From Salinispira sp. (lineage in GTDB: Bacteria > Spirochaetota > Spirochaetia > DSM-27196 > Salinispiraceae), in NCBI GenBank assembly GCA_965226555.1, contig CBDDDG010000001.1, positions 64,001 through 128,000 on the forward strand: a stretch of 64,000 nt of DNA, given 5' to 3'. This document shows, piece by piece, positions 40,120-48,778 of the stretch. The stretch's first letter is position 1; each line of letters starts with the position of its first letter. A program made the translations under genes and the position numbers. Below the pieces are notes generated by a model. That model had not been told where the DNA came from, ran no database searches, and worked only from the letters and a program-made list of their open reading frames with translations.

Positions 40120-41417
40120 ATTTTTAGGTGCTCCGTAGATGTATATTCAGATTTTTTATTCCATTCAATGAAATCATGCAGGTTTTTCATATTGATCTTA
40201 TCCTCTACAATCTCAGAAATTTTATTCAACACAAAATGCACTTGATTATTCCACAATGTTTCAGATGTCGGCATGAGCTTTTCAGTATTGGGGATTGCTT
40301 TTCTCGCCCCATAATGTTCGGCAAAAACTGTTTGAGTAAATTTCCCTGGGGACAATATTTCATGGCATTTCAAGCAGCCGCACACTTTCTTAGTATAGGC
40401 TGAATCAAATTCCTTTCTCATTTGCAGAATTGCATCGACAATTTCAAACCTCATTCGCTGTTGCGCGTACGGCAAATAAAATTTGGCAGTCGGTAGTCCT
40501 CCTCCAACCGGCAATACGCTGCGATATTCTCCATAACCCGGCCCATGAGCAATACCATTCAGTCGTTTTTCTTTTTTCAAAAGCGTAGAAAACCCGCCTC
40601 CATATAAATTAATGACTTTTTTACCTTTATAGTTAAAATGTATGAGCAATTCCCGATACGCTTGCAGGTATTTTTCATTTTGAGAAGTCTCGTCAAAATT
40701 ATTAATCCACAACAGCAATGTGGAAATTTTTGATGTGGAATACACGTCCTTAATCTGCTTCATTTTATCTGGGTCTAATAAAACACTCTTTTCTACAATT
40801 ATCTCCAAAGCAGTCTCTATATCGTCATTTCTTGGATTTTTGTCATACTCTTGAATAATCGTTTTGTTTATTTTTAACGCTTTGTCAAAATCTGCAAGAG
40901 TCATGTATAAGCAGGGCAGTATTATAAATGTTGGTTTAGGAGAAATATCGGATTCTTCTTCGTAATCAGAATAACCTTTTTTTTCCATTGCTTCTTGGGA
41001 CAGGCTGTTTTGAATATAATGTGTTTGAAATTCCAGAACATTTTTCGTGAGGTCACTAATATTGGCTGCTATATCGGAGAATTGGAGGGCTTGCTTGGTT
41101 TTGATAATTTGTTGGCCTAAGCGACCAAAACGCTGCAGTAATTTCTCCATAGATTTCTTTAGAGTCATACTATCTGTGTTCGCGTAGTACTTCAGTGGGT
41201 CTATGGTGAGAACATACGTCATAGGATCAATAAAAAATGAACAGTTTCCGAATGTTATTGTGAGCATTTTGGCAATTGCCGCCGGCGTATGTACGGCAAC
41301 ATTGCCGTTTATTACGATTCCAGTTTTTTTCTGGGAAATATATTGTTTTATTAAAGGTTCCAAGAGAATTTTTTTCTCGTTGTGAGAACCGAATCGGATA
41401 AACTGTTCAGTTTTCAT
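40083..41417 (-). CDS. Uncharacterised ~444-aa protein with C-terminal CxCxxC...H motif (TGT-like fold suspected)
   Basis: FFIDPMTY, LYGGGFS, HGPGYGE..GGG...FYLP, VCGCLKC...VH; overlaps both neighbours. Confidence 0.7.
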   Translation of the reverse strand: MKTEQFIRFGSHNEKKILLEPLIKQYISQKKTGIVINGNVAVHTPAAIAKMLTITFGNCSFFIDPMTYVLTIDPLKYYANTDSMTLKKSMEKLLQRFGRLGQQIIKTKQALQFSDIAANISDLTKNVLEFQTHYIQNSLSQEAMEKKGYSDYEEESDISPKPTFIILPCLYMTLADFDKALKINKTIIQEYDKNPRNDDIETALEIIVEKSVLLDPDKMKQIKDVYSTSKISTLLLWINNFDETSQNEKYLQAYRELLIHFNYKGKKVINLYGGGFSTLLKKEKRLNGIAHGPGYGEYRSVLPVGGGLPTAKFYLPYAQQRMRFEIVDAILQMRKEFDSAYTKKVCGCLKCHEILSPGKFTQTVFAEHYGARKAIPNTEKLMPTSETLWNNQVHFVLNKISEIVEDKINMKNLHDFIEWNKKSEYTSTEHLKIWIKLIQQKHTR

Positions 41418-41847
41418 TATGCTGCCTGCATAATTTAATATCATCGAATATTTCTAAAAAATTCTTTCTTAAAAATTCATTATGCATTCTTGATTTTTTG
41501 TCGACAATCTTTTCTATTTCTTTCTTATCTTGATCCCAAATATAAAATGAGAGATCAAATTTGTTTATTTTTTCTTCAATTGTTGTTGTATTGCGCGGGA
41601 CAGTTGCCTTCGGCATAATGAGAATTGCCTTGTCGACAACACAGCTGTGATCCTTCAATTGTTCAATAGCTCTCTTCCAATTCTTTAGTTTTACTTCAAT
41701 AGAAATTAAGGAATTGTCCTTTTGCAAAAATATGTCTACAATACGCGACATGAGGGGAATTTCCCTATAAACCTTGTACGTTTTTCCGTCCAACGGTTCA
41801 TGGGTAAAATACCTAAGCAATTCCGTTTGAACTTTTGCCTCCGTCAC
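41407..41847 (-). CDS. Small PD-(D/E)XK nuclease-fold protein (146 aa)
   Basis: TEAKVQ...YREI...IVDIF...SIEVKLKNWKRAIEQ; GTG start overlaps the upstream TGA (GTGA), GGAG RBS. Confidence 0.72.
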   Translation of the reverse strand: MTEAKVQTELLRYFTHEPLDGKTYKVYREIPLMSRIVDIFLQKDNSLISIEVKLKNWKRAIEQLKDHSCVVDKAILIMPKATVPRNTTTIEEKINKFDLSFYIWDQDKKEIEKIVDKKSRMHNEFLRKNFLEIFDDIKLCRQHNEN

Positions 41848-42464
41848 AACGTATATTCTCCCAATACTTGGTTTTTTATTAATGAATTTTTCGTAGAATC
41901 GGGATATCGCGTGTAAACATAGTGCAGAATTGTCTGTAAGGTTTTGTGTATAATGCTTGTTTTGAATCGTACGAGAATTTCCCGTTGGGGTTCGGTTAAA
42001 TTTGTCCATGAAAACCATTTCTGAGGCGAGGTAATAACTTTCTTTCCTTCTCCGCTAAGCGTATATTTTTCAATTTCATGCGTATAATCATTAATCCCTA
42101 AATTATCATTTTCAAAACCCCTCATATTCGATTCCCAGACATCATCGGCTCTACCTATTTGAGAATAAGAAATGCTTATAGTAAGCATATGTTTCGCGTT
42201 TAAAAAATCCACTGCTTCCAACACGTCTGTGCTGAATGGTCCAAAATTATAGGCTTCAAAATCAAAAGAAGAAATATTGTCAGACGGATTCAGGAATTTC
42301 TGCTGTACTTCCTGCTCAAAAAGGTACATCATCTTCATTAATCGCGTTCTGCCAGTAATTGGATATGCGATATTTTGATCCAGATCGCCGTATAAGGTGA
42401 GATGCACCGGCGCATAAAGCAGCAGGTGTAAAATATGAACGCATTTATAATTTTTCTTCGGCAT
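41844..42464 (-). CDS. Panacea/SocA (DUF4065)/YwgA-like protein
   Basis: ITGRTRLMKMMYL, FDFEAYNFGPFS, YVYTRYP..S.IK motifs. Confidence 0.7.
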   Translation of the reverse strand: MPKKNYKCVHILHLLLYAPVHLTLYGDLDQNIAYPITGRTRLMKMMYLFEQEVQQKFLNPSDNISSFDFEAYNFGPFSTDVLEAVDFLNAKHMLTISISYSQIGRADDVWESNMRGFENDNLGINDYTHEIEKYTLSGEGKKVITSPQKWFSWTNLTEPQREILVRFKTSIIHKTLQTILHYVYTRYPDSTKNSLIKNQVLGEYTL

Positions 42465-42466
42465 GA

Positions 42467-42506
42467 CAAGAGTATATCAGAAACCTTTATTTATGCAAAC
42501 CTTTTT
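42467..42506 (-). promoter_or_regulatory. 40-bp direct repeat (right copy); probable leaderless promoter of the four-gene operon
   Basis: TTGCAT-N16-TATACT with TG extension, 6 nt before ATG 42464; no SD sequence. Confidence 0.7.
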
Positions 42507-42654
42507 GATACAGTCTTCTACCCACATAGCATTCACCCCGCATTCAAGAGCAATCCGACCTTACCATATTGTATTCATCATTAACAATGATAGCACTGGG
42601 ACGATATCGCCATACATGCCTTTTCTTTTGTTTTCCAAATGTATATACTGCGAT

Positions 42655-42724
42655 AAAACTTTGCTACTGAAAACTTTGTTACTGGAAATTGTGCAAGCAC
42701 AATTTTCCAATGCAAACGTTTCTA
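42655..42724. repeat. Family-A palindromic repeat
   Basis: ctggaaattgtgcaagcacaattttccaatgcaaacgtttct, directly upstream of the reductase RBS. Confidence 0.85.
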
Positions 42725-42746
42725 TTACAAAGAATAGGAGATATAT

Positions 42747-43739
42747 ATGGAATATCGTAATCTTGGAAGATCGGGACTGAAGGTTTCGGCGCTTTCCTTC
42801 GGATCGTGGGTGACATTTTCATCGACAGTTGATGTTGATGCTGCGGTCGATATGATGAAAGCCGCCTTCGACGCCGGTGTGAATTTCTTTGATAACGCCG
42901 AGGCCTACGCGCAGGGAGAATCGGAAACTATTATGGGCAAGGCCCTGAAGAAAATTGGATGGAACCGCAGTGAATACACGGCATCCACCAAAATATTCTG
43001 GGGCGGTTCAGGCCCGAATCAGAGCGGTCTCTCGCGCAAGCACATTCTGGAAGGTACGGCAGCGGCGCTTACGCGTCTTCAGCTGGACTATGTGGATATG
43101 GTGTTTTGTCATCGTCCCGATTATGAAACCCCCATTGAAGAAACGGTTCGGGCAATGACCTATCTTGTGAACCAGGGCTATGCTCTGTATTGGGGAACCA
43201 GCGAATGGAGCGCATATCAGCTTCGCGCAGCATACGACATTGCCGAACAGGAACACCTCATTCCGCCTGTTATGGAGCAGCCCGAATACAATATGTTCTT
43301 CCGTGAGCGTTTTGAAGTTGAATATGCTCCCCTGTACAGCGATTTTGGACTTGGTACGACAATTTGGAGTCCGCTCTCTTCCGGAGTTCTCACCGGTAAA
43401 TACGGAAAGGGAATTTCCGATGGACGTCTCACCATGGAAGGATACGAATGGCTCAGGGAACGCTGGGAATCGGATGATGGACGCAGAAAAATTGAAACAG
43501 TGGAAAAGCTCCGTCCGATAGCCGGTGACATCGGCGCAACGCTTGCCCAGCTTGCCATTGCCTGGACCCTCAGAAACCCGCATGTGAGTACCTGTATTAC
43601 CGGTGCCAGCAGGATATCGCAGCTCCATGAAAACCTCAAAGCCATGGATATTCTTCCCAAGCTCACCGATGATGTTATGGAAGAAATAGAAAAGGTTCTG
43701 AATAACAAGCCCGAATTTCCCCGTAACTGGAGGGGCTAG
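42747..43739 (+). CDS. Aldo/keto reductase, Kv-beta-subunit-like
   Basis: YRNLGRSGLKVS, FFDNAEAY, YWGTSEW, WSPL. Confidence 0.95.
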   Translation: MEYRNLGRSGLKVSALSFGSWVTFSSTVDVDAAVDMMKAAFDAGVNFFDNAEAYAQGESETIMGKALKKIGWNRSEYTASTKIFWGGSGPNQSGLSRKHILEGTAAALTRLQLDYVDMVFCHRPDYETPIEETVRAMTYLVNQGYALYWGTSEWSAYQLRAAYDIAEQEHLIPPVMEQPEYNMFFRERFEVEYAPLYSDFGLGTTIWSPLSSGVLTGKYGKGISDGRLTMEGYEWLRERWESDDGRRKIETVEKLRPIAGDIGATLAQLAIAWTLRNPHVSTCITGASRISQLHENLKAMDILPKLTDDVMEEIEKVLNNKPEFPRNWRG

Positions 43740-43842
43740 GGGATGCCATAATACCTCATGTTGTTTGATGTGAGTCGATGGATGTGGGAATGATGATGGG
43801 AATGAGTATATGAAGTCCCTGAATATCCGGGGATTTTCAATT

Positions 43843-43940
43843 GCGCTTATTGACATAGACGACCTAATCGTTGTAGAAACAGAAGACGCCCTGCTTATAA
43901 GCAGGCGGGGGTCGGGGCAGAAAGTAAAGCAGGTGGTGGA
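43843..43940 (+). repeat. 98-bp inverted duplicate of the manC 3' end
   Basis: 95/98 identical to the reverse complement of 26246-26343. Confidence 0.92.
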
Positions 43941-43955
43941 GAACATAGAATTAAT

Positions 43956-44594
43956 ATGAATTTTTCGAAAATAAGTATGTATTGTATCGGTATATTATCC
44001 GCATTATTCATCCTGTCCTGCGCCAGCATACCGCCCGAAGCAGTTGAGCTTTCAACAGCGGTGGAATCGCGAATTACTGAAACAAAGTCCATGCATCAAT
44101 CGCTGGTGAGAAGCTATTTCGATGCCCGATATGCTCTTGTTGACGATTATATGTATAATGAGTATGTGGACGACTATATTGAAAATATATTCAATAACCC
44201 TGCCATTCACGAAGCATGGAATGAGATCAGAACTGGTGAAAATGAGGAAGACAGAAACATGTTCTTCCGAGTTGTGACCCTGCGGCTCTTTCAGAATGTG
44301 CAGGATCAACGCAAGCAGCTTATATCTCCCATTCAAGAACGGGAAAACGAGTTATTGCAGGCATTAGACCAATACTATGGCGATACTCTGGCAGCTCATA
44401 GATACATTACAGACCTGTTGGCATCGGCGGCAGACCTCAATGCAACTCGTAATGAACTATTCGCCGACATTGTTGGCGAAACCCCCGATTTTTCAGGTAT
44501 TATTGATCAGATTAATCGGGCAAGCAACACGCTACGAGCTGGCGGAGAAAGCGCAGAAGAAGCATTGAACAAGACTTTGGAAATAATCCAGTAA
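43956..44594 (+). CDS. Hypothetical lipoprotein
   Basis: Signal peptide with lipobox ILS-C; helical mature part. Confidence 0.8.
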   Translation: MNFSKISMYCIGILSALFILSCASIPPEAVELSTAVESRITETKSMHQSLVRSYFDARYALVDDYMYNEYVDDYIENIFNNPAIHEAWNEIRTGENEEDRNMFFRVVTLRLFQNVQDQRKQLISPIQERENELLQALDQYYGDTLAAHRYITDLLASAADLNATRNELFADIVGETPDFSGIIDQINRASNTLRAGGESAEEALNKTLEIIQ

Positions 44595-44655
44595 CCATAA
44601 CAAAGTTTTGCTACTGGAAATTGTGCACGCACAATTTTCCAATGCAAAAGTTTCT
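44593..44655. repeat. Family-A palindromic repeat
   Basis: aaccataacaaagttttgctactggaaattgtgcacgcacaattttccaatgcaaaagtttct, abutting an AAGGAGG RBS. Confidence 0.88.
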
Positions 44656-44671
44656 AAGGAGGAAAAATTTT

Positions 44672-44932
44672 ATGGCAATTAATTGGAATAACGTAACGAA
44701 GGGAATAGATGAATCAAAACCAGATATTCCCTCCAGGATATCGTCCCTTACCCATTTCACCGACAAAGAGATTAGCTCATTGTTTCCTGCTGCGGGGGAT
44801 CAGAAGAATCTTGCCGATTTAATGGCGACGGTAAAGAATGCCACCAATGAAAATGCAAAGCAGAAGGCGATAATTGACAATGTAACGAAGTTTGCAAAAA
44901 CACTTGTCACCATTATTGATAAGGTGGTGTAA
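44672..44932 (+). CDS. Small hypothetical protein (86 aa)
   Basis: AAGGAGG RBS before ATG 44672. Confidence 0.7.
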   Translation: MAINWNNVTKGIDESKPDIPSRISSLTHFTDKEISSLFPAAGDQKNLADLMATVKNATNENAKQKAIIDNVTKFAKTLVTIIDKVV

Positions 44933-44935
44933 TTT

Positions 44936-45292
44936 ATGCTGAGTTTAATTATCGCTGAAGCAATAGTTTTTGTTTCAACAGTACTAATAGTGATTGCGGC
45001 CTACACAAGAGCTGGCAAAATGAATGATGAGCATTTACGAGGACTTGCCCTCCCGAGGGGAAGTGTTCGAGCCATTTTCACATTATGGCTGGTTGGGTCA
45101 TTTGCGGTTTTCACGTTATTTGGCGAGGAAGCAATGTCGAGTGTTGAGGCATATCAGCAGGGGTTATCTGCCCTCTCTGGAGTTACCGGATCGGTATTAG
45201 GTTTCTACTTTGGCGGACGCAGCGCAACCCCGCTCCCCGAGTCTGAAAAGAACCCCGCATCGAAAGCAGAACAGAATTCCATATCAACGTGA
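44936..45292 (+). CDS. Small 3-TM membrane protein
   Basis: Hydrophobic helices; GLALPRGSVRA and VLGFYFG motifs. Confidence 0.7.
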   Translation: MLSLIIAEAIVFVSTVLIVIAAYTRAGKMNDEHLRGLALPRGSVRAIFTLWLVGSFAVFTLFGEEAMSSVEAYQQGLSALSGVTGSVLGFYFGGRSATPLPESEKNPASKAEQNSIST

Positions 45293-45361
45293 TCGTGAGG
45301 TCATCGAAAGGGCATCGCGAACTATGGGAGCCCTCTCTTTTTGGGTGCGAAACGCTGGCTA

Positions 45362-46621
45362 ATGATACAGACAATTTTTAAGTATGGCATGAGTGAATTT
45401 TTTGCGAAGGGCCTGAATGTTATACTCCTATCGCTCGTATTACCCGCGCTGCTCGACATTGAAAGTTACGGACAGGTCGCTATCATTATTGCGATTGAAA
45501 TGATTTTTCTTGTATTACTGACCTGTAATCAAAACACCGTAATGCTCCGCTTATATAGTTCTTTCAAAGGAAAACTATTCCATCTCTATAGTGTTTCATT
45601 TGGAATTGTTCTAATAATGGCTGCTGTTTTACTCATTTTGTACGTTGCGTTGTTTGCAACAAATATATTGAACTTTGAGAATATTAAAAATTATACAATT
45701 CTCTTTATTATTATTGCGGCTGCATTACAAGGACAATTTGCGTTATATCTTGCCTATCTTCGAAAGGAAAACAGGGTCGACGAGTACGGCATTAGTCGAA
45801 TATGTTATCAGATAGTTAAATTCTGTATAGTTGCGGGAGGAGCTGTAATACTCAGAGATGTCACAGCGTACCCCCTCGGCATTTTGGTATCGAATATTGT
45901 CGTATTTGTGTTTATCGGAGTTAGAAATCGGCATCGTTTTACAACTTTCAGAGTACATTTTTCAGAAATTTTCACTAATGTGAAATCGGTTTTTAAAGAC
46001 AATATGCATATTGCGCTTCCTCTGACCATAAGTTCGCTTATTACATCAATGTATACCTTTATTGATCGATTCATACTTCAGTATTTTCTCACTATGCAAC
46101 AGGTAGGAGTCTATAATTTTGCGCTTACCTTAGGAAATACGATCTATTTTTTTGTTTACGTTCTCAGCCTATCCTATGTTCCGGTTATATATGAAAACAA
46201 GGAGTATGATCATCATACCGCTAAGCTCTTACGTACATTTCTTATTGTCGCAATGCTTACTTCCCTGGGCGCAGTCGTTGTAATATATTTTTTCATATTT
46301 CCATTTACGCTGCAATTTGTTCCATCGGACTATGAGGATGGGCGGGTAGTTCTCCTTCTTGCATCCGGTGCAATGGTTATTAATACACTAACCTTGTATG
46401 GCACCTATACCTTGATCAGCCTGCGGAAAGTGATACTAATACCCATTCTTACACTTGGCGCATTAATTATTAAAGTAATTCTGAACTATTTTTTTATTCC
46501 ATTGTATGGAATTAATGGTTCAGGTATGGCAGTCATTCTCAGTGAATTTTTGCATGGGCTTTCGTTTATAATTGTCGCTCGGGTACTTGTAAACAGAAAT
46601 CGAAGCAAGATCAGTTTGTAG
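45362..46621 (+). CDS. wzx: Polysaccharide flippase
   Basis: About 12 TM segments; IDRFIL...VGVYNFA, LNYFFIPLYGING. Confidence 0.85.
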   Translation: MIQTIFKYGMSEFFAKGLNVILLSLVLPALLDIESYGQVAIIIAIEMIFLVLLTCNQNTVMLRLYSSFKGKLFHLYSVSFGIVLIMAAVLLILYVALFATNILNFENIKNYTILFIIIAAALQGQFALYLAYLRKENRVDEYGISRICYQIVKFCIVAGGAVILRDVTAYPLGILVSNIVVFVFIGVRNRHRFTTFRVHFSEIFTNVKSVFKDNMHIALPLTISSLITSMYTFIDRFILQYFLTMQQVGVYNFALTLGNTIYFFVYVLSLSYVPVIYENKEYDHHTAKLLRTFLIVAMLTSLGAVVVIYFFIFPFTLQFVPSDYEDGRVVLLLASGAMVINTLTLYGTYTLISLRKVILIPILTLGALIIKVILNYFFIPLYGINGSGMAVILSEFLHGLSFIIVARVLVNRNRSKISL

Positions 46622-46672
46622 TGTGTAATGAAATGAGAAACGATGAATTATTTTCTGGTTGAATTCGCCCGC

Positions 46673-46701
46673 TTGTAAAAAAAATTATGGACAAGTATAA
46701 T
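46673..46701 (+). promoter_or_regulatory. Probable sigma70 promoter of the nonulosonate/polysaccharide operon
   Basis: TTGTAA-N17-TATAAT. Confidence 0.6.
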
Positions 46702-46736
46702 AGAATTATGCAAAAATTTCTACAAGGAGAATCATT

Positions 46737-47612
46737 GTGGTAAAAGTTGTCGGTGAAATTGGGTGCAATCATCAAGGAAAAATGGACATTGCAAAAGAGC
46801 TCATTAAAATAGCGGCTGTTTTTTGCAAATGTGACTACGTTAAGTTCCAGAAGAGATCAAATAAGGAACTTCTAACTGTAGAAGAGTACAATGCTCCCCA
46901 CCCTGTTCCGAAGAACTCTTATGGAAGAACCTATGGTGAGCACAGAGAATTTCTTGAATTCAACTTAGATCAACATAAAAAACTCCAACATTTGTGTAAT
47001 GAATTTAATATCGGATACTCGACATCTGTATGGGATATGACTTCAGCCCGAGAAATGTCTACCCTCAATTGCGATTTTATCAAAATACCTTCTGCCTGTA
47101 ATTTAGACTATACAACCCAAAAATATCTCATTGAAAATTTCCATGGTGACATTCACGTTTCCACAGGAATGACCACAAAAAACGAAATTGAAGCGATTGT
47201 TCGTTTTTATGAAGAAAACAATGCCGCCCATCGACTTGTTTTATATGTATGCACTTCAGGATACCCTGTGAGTTTTGAAGATGTTTGTTTGTTGGAAATT
47301 ACTCGCTTTAAAAAACTTTACGCCGCGAGGGTTAAGGAAATTGCCTTCTCAGGGCATCATCTTGGAATTGCTGCGGATATAGCCGCAGTCACTTTGGGAG
47401 CTGCCTGGATAGAAAGACACTACACGCTTGACAGGGCATGGAAAGGAACTGACCACGCGGCATCCTTAGAACCCGATGGTTTAAGAAAACTCACAAGAGA
47501 CATAAAAGCTGTCGAAAAGACCCTTACCTACAAGAATAAAGATATTCTGGACATCGAAAATGTCCAGCGAAGAAAACTCAAAAGAACCCGGGAGAATTTT
47601 GCCCATGCTTAA
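46737..47612 (+). CDS. neuB: NeuB-family nonulosonate (probably 9-phosphate) synthase, short form
   Basis: EIGCNHQG, VKFQKR, IKIPSA, FSGHHLG, IERHYTLDR, GTDHAASLEP; 291 aa with no C-terminal SAF domain. Confidence 0.9.
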   Translation: MVKVVGEIGCNHQGKMDIAKELIKIAAVFCKCDYVKFQKRSNKELLTVEEYNAPHPVPKNSYGRTYGEHREFLEFNLDQHKKLQHLCNEFNIGYSTSVWDMTSAREMSTLNCDFIKIPSACNLDYTTQKYLIENFHGDIHVSTGMTTKNEIEAIVRFYEENNAAHRLVLYVCTSGYPVSFEDVCLLEITRFKKLYAARVKEIAFSGHHLGIAADIAAVTLGAAWIERHYTLDRAWKGTDHAASLEPDGLRKLTRDIKAVEKTLTYKNKDILDIENVQRRKLKRTRENFAHA

Positions 47613-48777
47613 AAAAATCGTAGCTCTCATTCCACTTAGGGGGGGATCAAAAAGCATTCCTCACAAAAATATCAAAGTAATAGCTGGGAGACCCCTCTTT
47701 TTCTGGACAACGCGAGCCGCTGTTGAATCTAACGTTTTTTCTGATGTTTATATATCCACAGATTCAAACGAAATTACGGAATGTGTTCGCAAATATTTTA
47801 ATGAAACAGAAGTTACCGTGCTAAAGAGAGCCGATTATTTGGCAACCGATGAAGCCTCGACAGAAGCCGTTATGCTCAATTTTGCCAGCAAATACGATTT
47901 TACTGATATATGTCTTATACAGGCAACATCTCCCATCACAAGTGTTCAGGATATAAAAAACGCCTTCCTGTTATATACGCAAAACAAATTCGACTCCCTT
48001 TTTACAGCCGTACAATTTAAACGATTTTTATGGGGGTATGATTCCAACCCCATTACCTATGATTTTCGCAACCGCCCGCGAAGACAGGAATTTAAAGGCT
48101 GTCTTATGGAAAACGGATCGTTTTATTTTACCCGGCGCGAAATTTTGTTGAACGAGAAAAACCGTCTCGGAGGGAAAATTGGCTATTATGTTATGGCTGA
48201 AGAAACAGCCGTTGAAATAGATGAACCGAGCGATTGGGATATTGTTGCTCGCCTCATCCAAAAAAACTCTCTTCTCTATTTTAAACGTTCCCTAGAACAC
48301 ATTAGGGCCATAATTTTCGATGTTGATGGAACCATGACCGATGCGGGAATGTATTATGGCGAAACCGGTGAAACTCTCAAAAAATTTAACACACGCGATG
48401 CTGAGGGAATCGCTTGTTTAAGAGAACAGGGAATAAAAATAGGTGTTATTACGGGAGAGAACAGCCCTTCAGTCACCTCAAGAATGAATAAACTACAAAT
48501 TGAATGCTATGAGAAGGACGTTTCTAACAAATTGCCAGTATTCAATAAAATGATACAGAAATGGGGATTGTTGCCTTCTCAGGTTGGCTATATGGGCGAT
48601 GACATTAGTGACAAATTATGCATGGAAGCTGCGGGTTATAGTTTCTGCCCCCAAGATGCCGTTGAGAATGTAAAACATCTTGCGGGCTTTGTCTGCGCTG
48701 AAAAATCGGGAGAAGGGGCGGTAAGAGAAGTGGCCAATGTAATACTAAAAAACATATCGCCTGCCCAATTGTCATAA
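47605..48777 (+). CDS. neuA: CMP-nonulosonate synthetase fused to a KdsC-like HAD phosphatase
   Basis: PLRGGSKSIPHKNIK, QATSP, ENGSFY; C-terminal FDVDGTMTD, KKFNTRD, YMGDD, GEGAVRE. Confidence 0.9.
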   Translation: MLKKIVALIPLRGGSKSIPHKNIKVIAGRPLFFWTTRAAVESNVFSDVYISTDSNEITECVRKYFNETEVTVLKRADYLATDEASTEAVMLNFASKYDFTDICLIQATSPITSVQDIKNAFLLYTQNKFDSLFTAVQFKRFLWGYDSNPITYDFRNRPRRQEFKGCLMENGSFYFTRREILLNEKNRLGGKIGYYVMAEETAVEIDEPSDWDIVARLIQKNSLLYFKRSLEHIRAIIFDVDGTMTDAGMYYGETGETLKKFNTRDAEGIACLREQGIKIGVITGENSPSVTSRMNKLQIECYEKDVSNKLPVFNKMIQKWGLLPSQVGYMGDDISDKLCMEAAGYSFCPQDAVENVKHLAGFVCAEKSGEGAVREVANVILKNISPAQLS

Positions 48778-48778
48778 C

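Noticed and set aside
41848..42018. Longer N-terminus for the nuclease-like ORF
   Set aside because: It would overlap the upstream gene by ~175 bp; GTG 41847 has an RBS and a GTGA coupling.
43008..43946. 312-aa minus-strand ORF sharing its start with the 26180-26368 ORF
   Set aside because: Antisense to the reductase; the shared peptide comes from the manC duplicate.
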